A stretch of DNA of 63,361 nt, the filler included, from Octopus bimaculoides (Eukaryota): assembly GCF_001194135.2 (NCBI RefSeq). It is 6 parts of 6 records of this genome, joined end to end, with 100 filler letters (N's around TTAATTAATTAA, not from the genome) between each part and the next. Parts side by side here need not be neighbours in the genome. Positions count along the whole stretch, not along the records: positions 56,902 to 63,361 come from NC_068984.1; 5 more parts are not named here. One strand, 5' to 3'. This document shows positions 62,625 to 63,361 of this stretch, one piece after another. The translations under genes and the position numbers were made by a program. A model generated the notes under the pieces. That model searched no databases. It saw nothing but the letters and a program-made list of their open reading frames with translations, and had not been told where the DNA came from. The stretch's first letter is position 1. Each line of letters opens with the position of its first letter.

Positions 62625-63361
62625 AATCAAGCGTAAAGATCATTAATGATTTTTACCAGGTAGTCAGCGCGGAAATAAAAACCTCATAGGTAAATTTACA
62701 AATATTTTATAATTATATACCTTATTATAACAAATGCTTGTCTATGTGCCTCACCACGCACTGAAAAATAGACGTGAAAAGACACTATAACCACAAATAT
62801 TCTTCAAGAATAACATTCCACATAATAGCTTTGCAAAAGAAAGAAAATGAATTAAAACATTCGCTTAACTGCGTAGAAGATCCTGTTTCCAGCTTAAAGT
62901 AAAAAATATTACCTATTGCTTTCAACAGCAACGGTATTCCATAGCATATATTCATGAGTGTCCATGAATATGTAAGCTAGCTGCGACTTCGCTCAACTAA
63001 TATCCGTCCACACTCGTAGAAATATACTGAAAAATAGAATTCACATCTTTCCTTTATACCCGTGTATAGTGTGTGATGATCAAGTCTACAGTTAATACAG
63101 TTTGGTCGAGGGGTAAATTTTCCAAATATTAATTATGATAATAAAAGGTAAAAATGATTAATGATTTTTACCAGGTGGTCAGCGCGGAAATAAAAACTTC
63201 ATAGGTAAATTTTAGAAATATTTAATAATTATAAATAATATAATTATAACAAGGGCTTGGCTATGTGCCTCACAACGGACTGAAAAATAGACGCTATTAC
63301 CACCATAAATAGTGTCTTTTGGCGTCTATTTTTCAGTGCATGGTGAGGCACATAGCCAAGC
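62625..63361. repeat. Two direct ~160-bp copies plus one inverted partial copy of an interspersed repeat
   Basis: attaatgatttttaccagg.gtcagcgcggaaataaaa...gcttg.ctatgtgcctcac...ctgaaaaatagacg occurs at about 62640-62780 and 63158-63294. 63322-63361 is an inverted copy of 63255-63294 (37/40). Confidence 0.85.

Noticed and set aside
1-63361. Dozens of ORFs rich in [20 protein letters not shown] or poly-D/N/S/I
   Set aside because: They are translations of di-, tri- and tetranucleotide microsatellites, which lack stops in some frames.

Overview
AT-rich, gap-ridden (about a fifth is N) eukaryotic DNA. The repeat families look like those of an octopod cephalopod (probably Octopus), which is recall-based inference. 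There are no prokaryotic features, CRISPR arrays, rRNA genes or true tRNA genes. Almost all listed ORFs are artefacts of microsatellites or N-runs. Supportable content: (1) the last three exons (+, 1658-3928) of a gene for an uncharacterised invertebrate domain; its first visible exon has an in-frame TAA and lies about 100 nt upstream of an 83-bp near-perfect intronic hairpin. (2) Four exons (+, 35308-39936) of a ZP-domain gene, with one unresolved phase conflict. (3) A damaged Penelope-like retroelement of Naiad-like type (RT plus C-terminal GIY-YIG, minus strand, about 57180-58846), whose RT-EN linker lacks the usual Cys cluster, plus a 95%-identical inverted fragment at 62418-62574. (4) Fossils of Gypsy, RTE, R4/Dong-like, Tc1/mariner (maT-like and mariner) and Chapaev3-like elements, and MITEs/foldbacks. 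(5) Dozens of SINE copies from at least four families and very dense microsatellites. A chain of short candidate + strand exons between about 19 and 33 kb may belong to an unrecognised third gene. I found no clearly novel system; the best leads are ranked in the findings.
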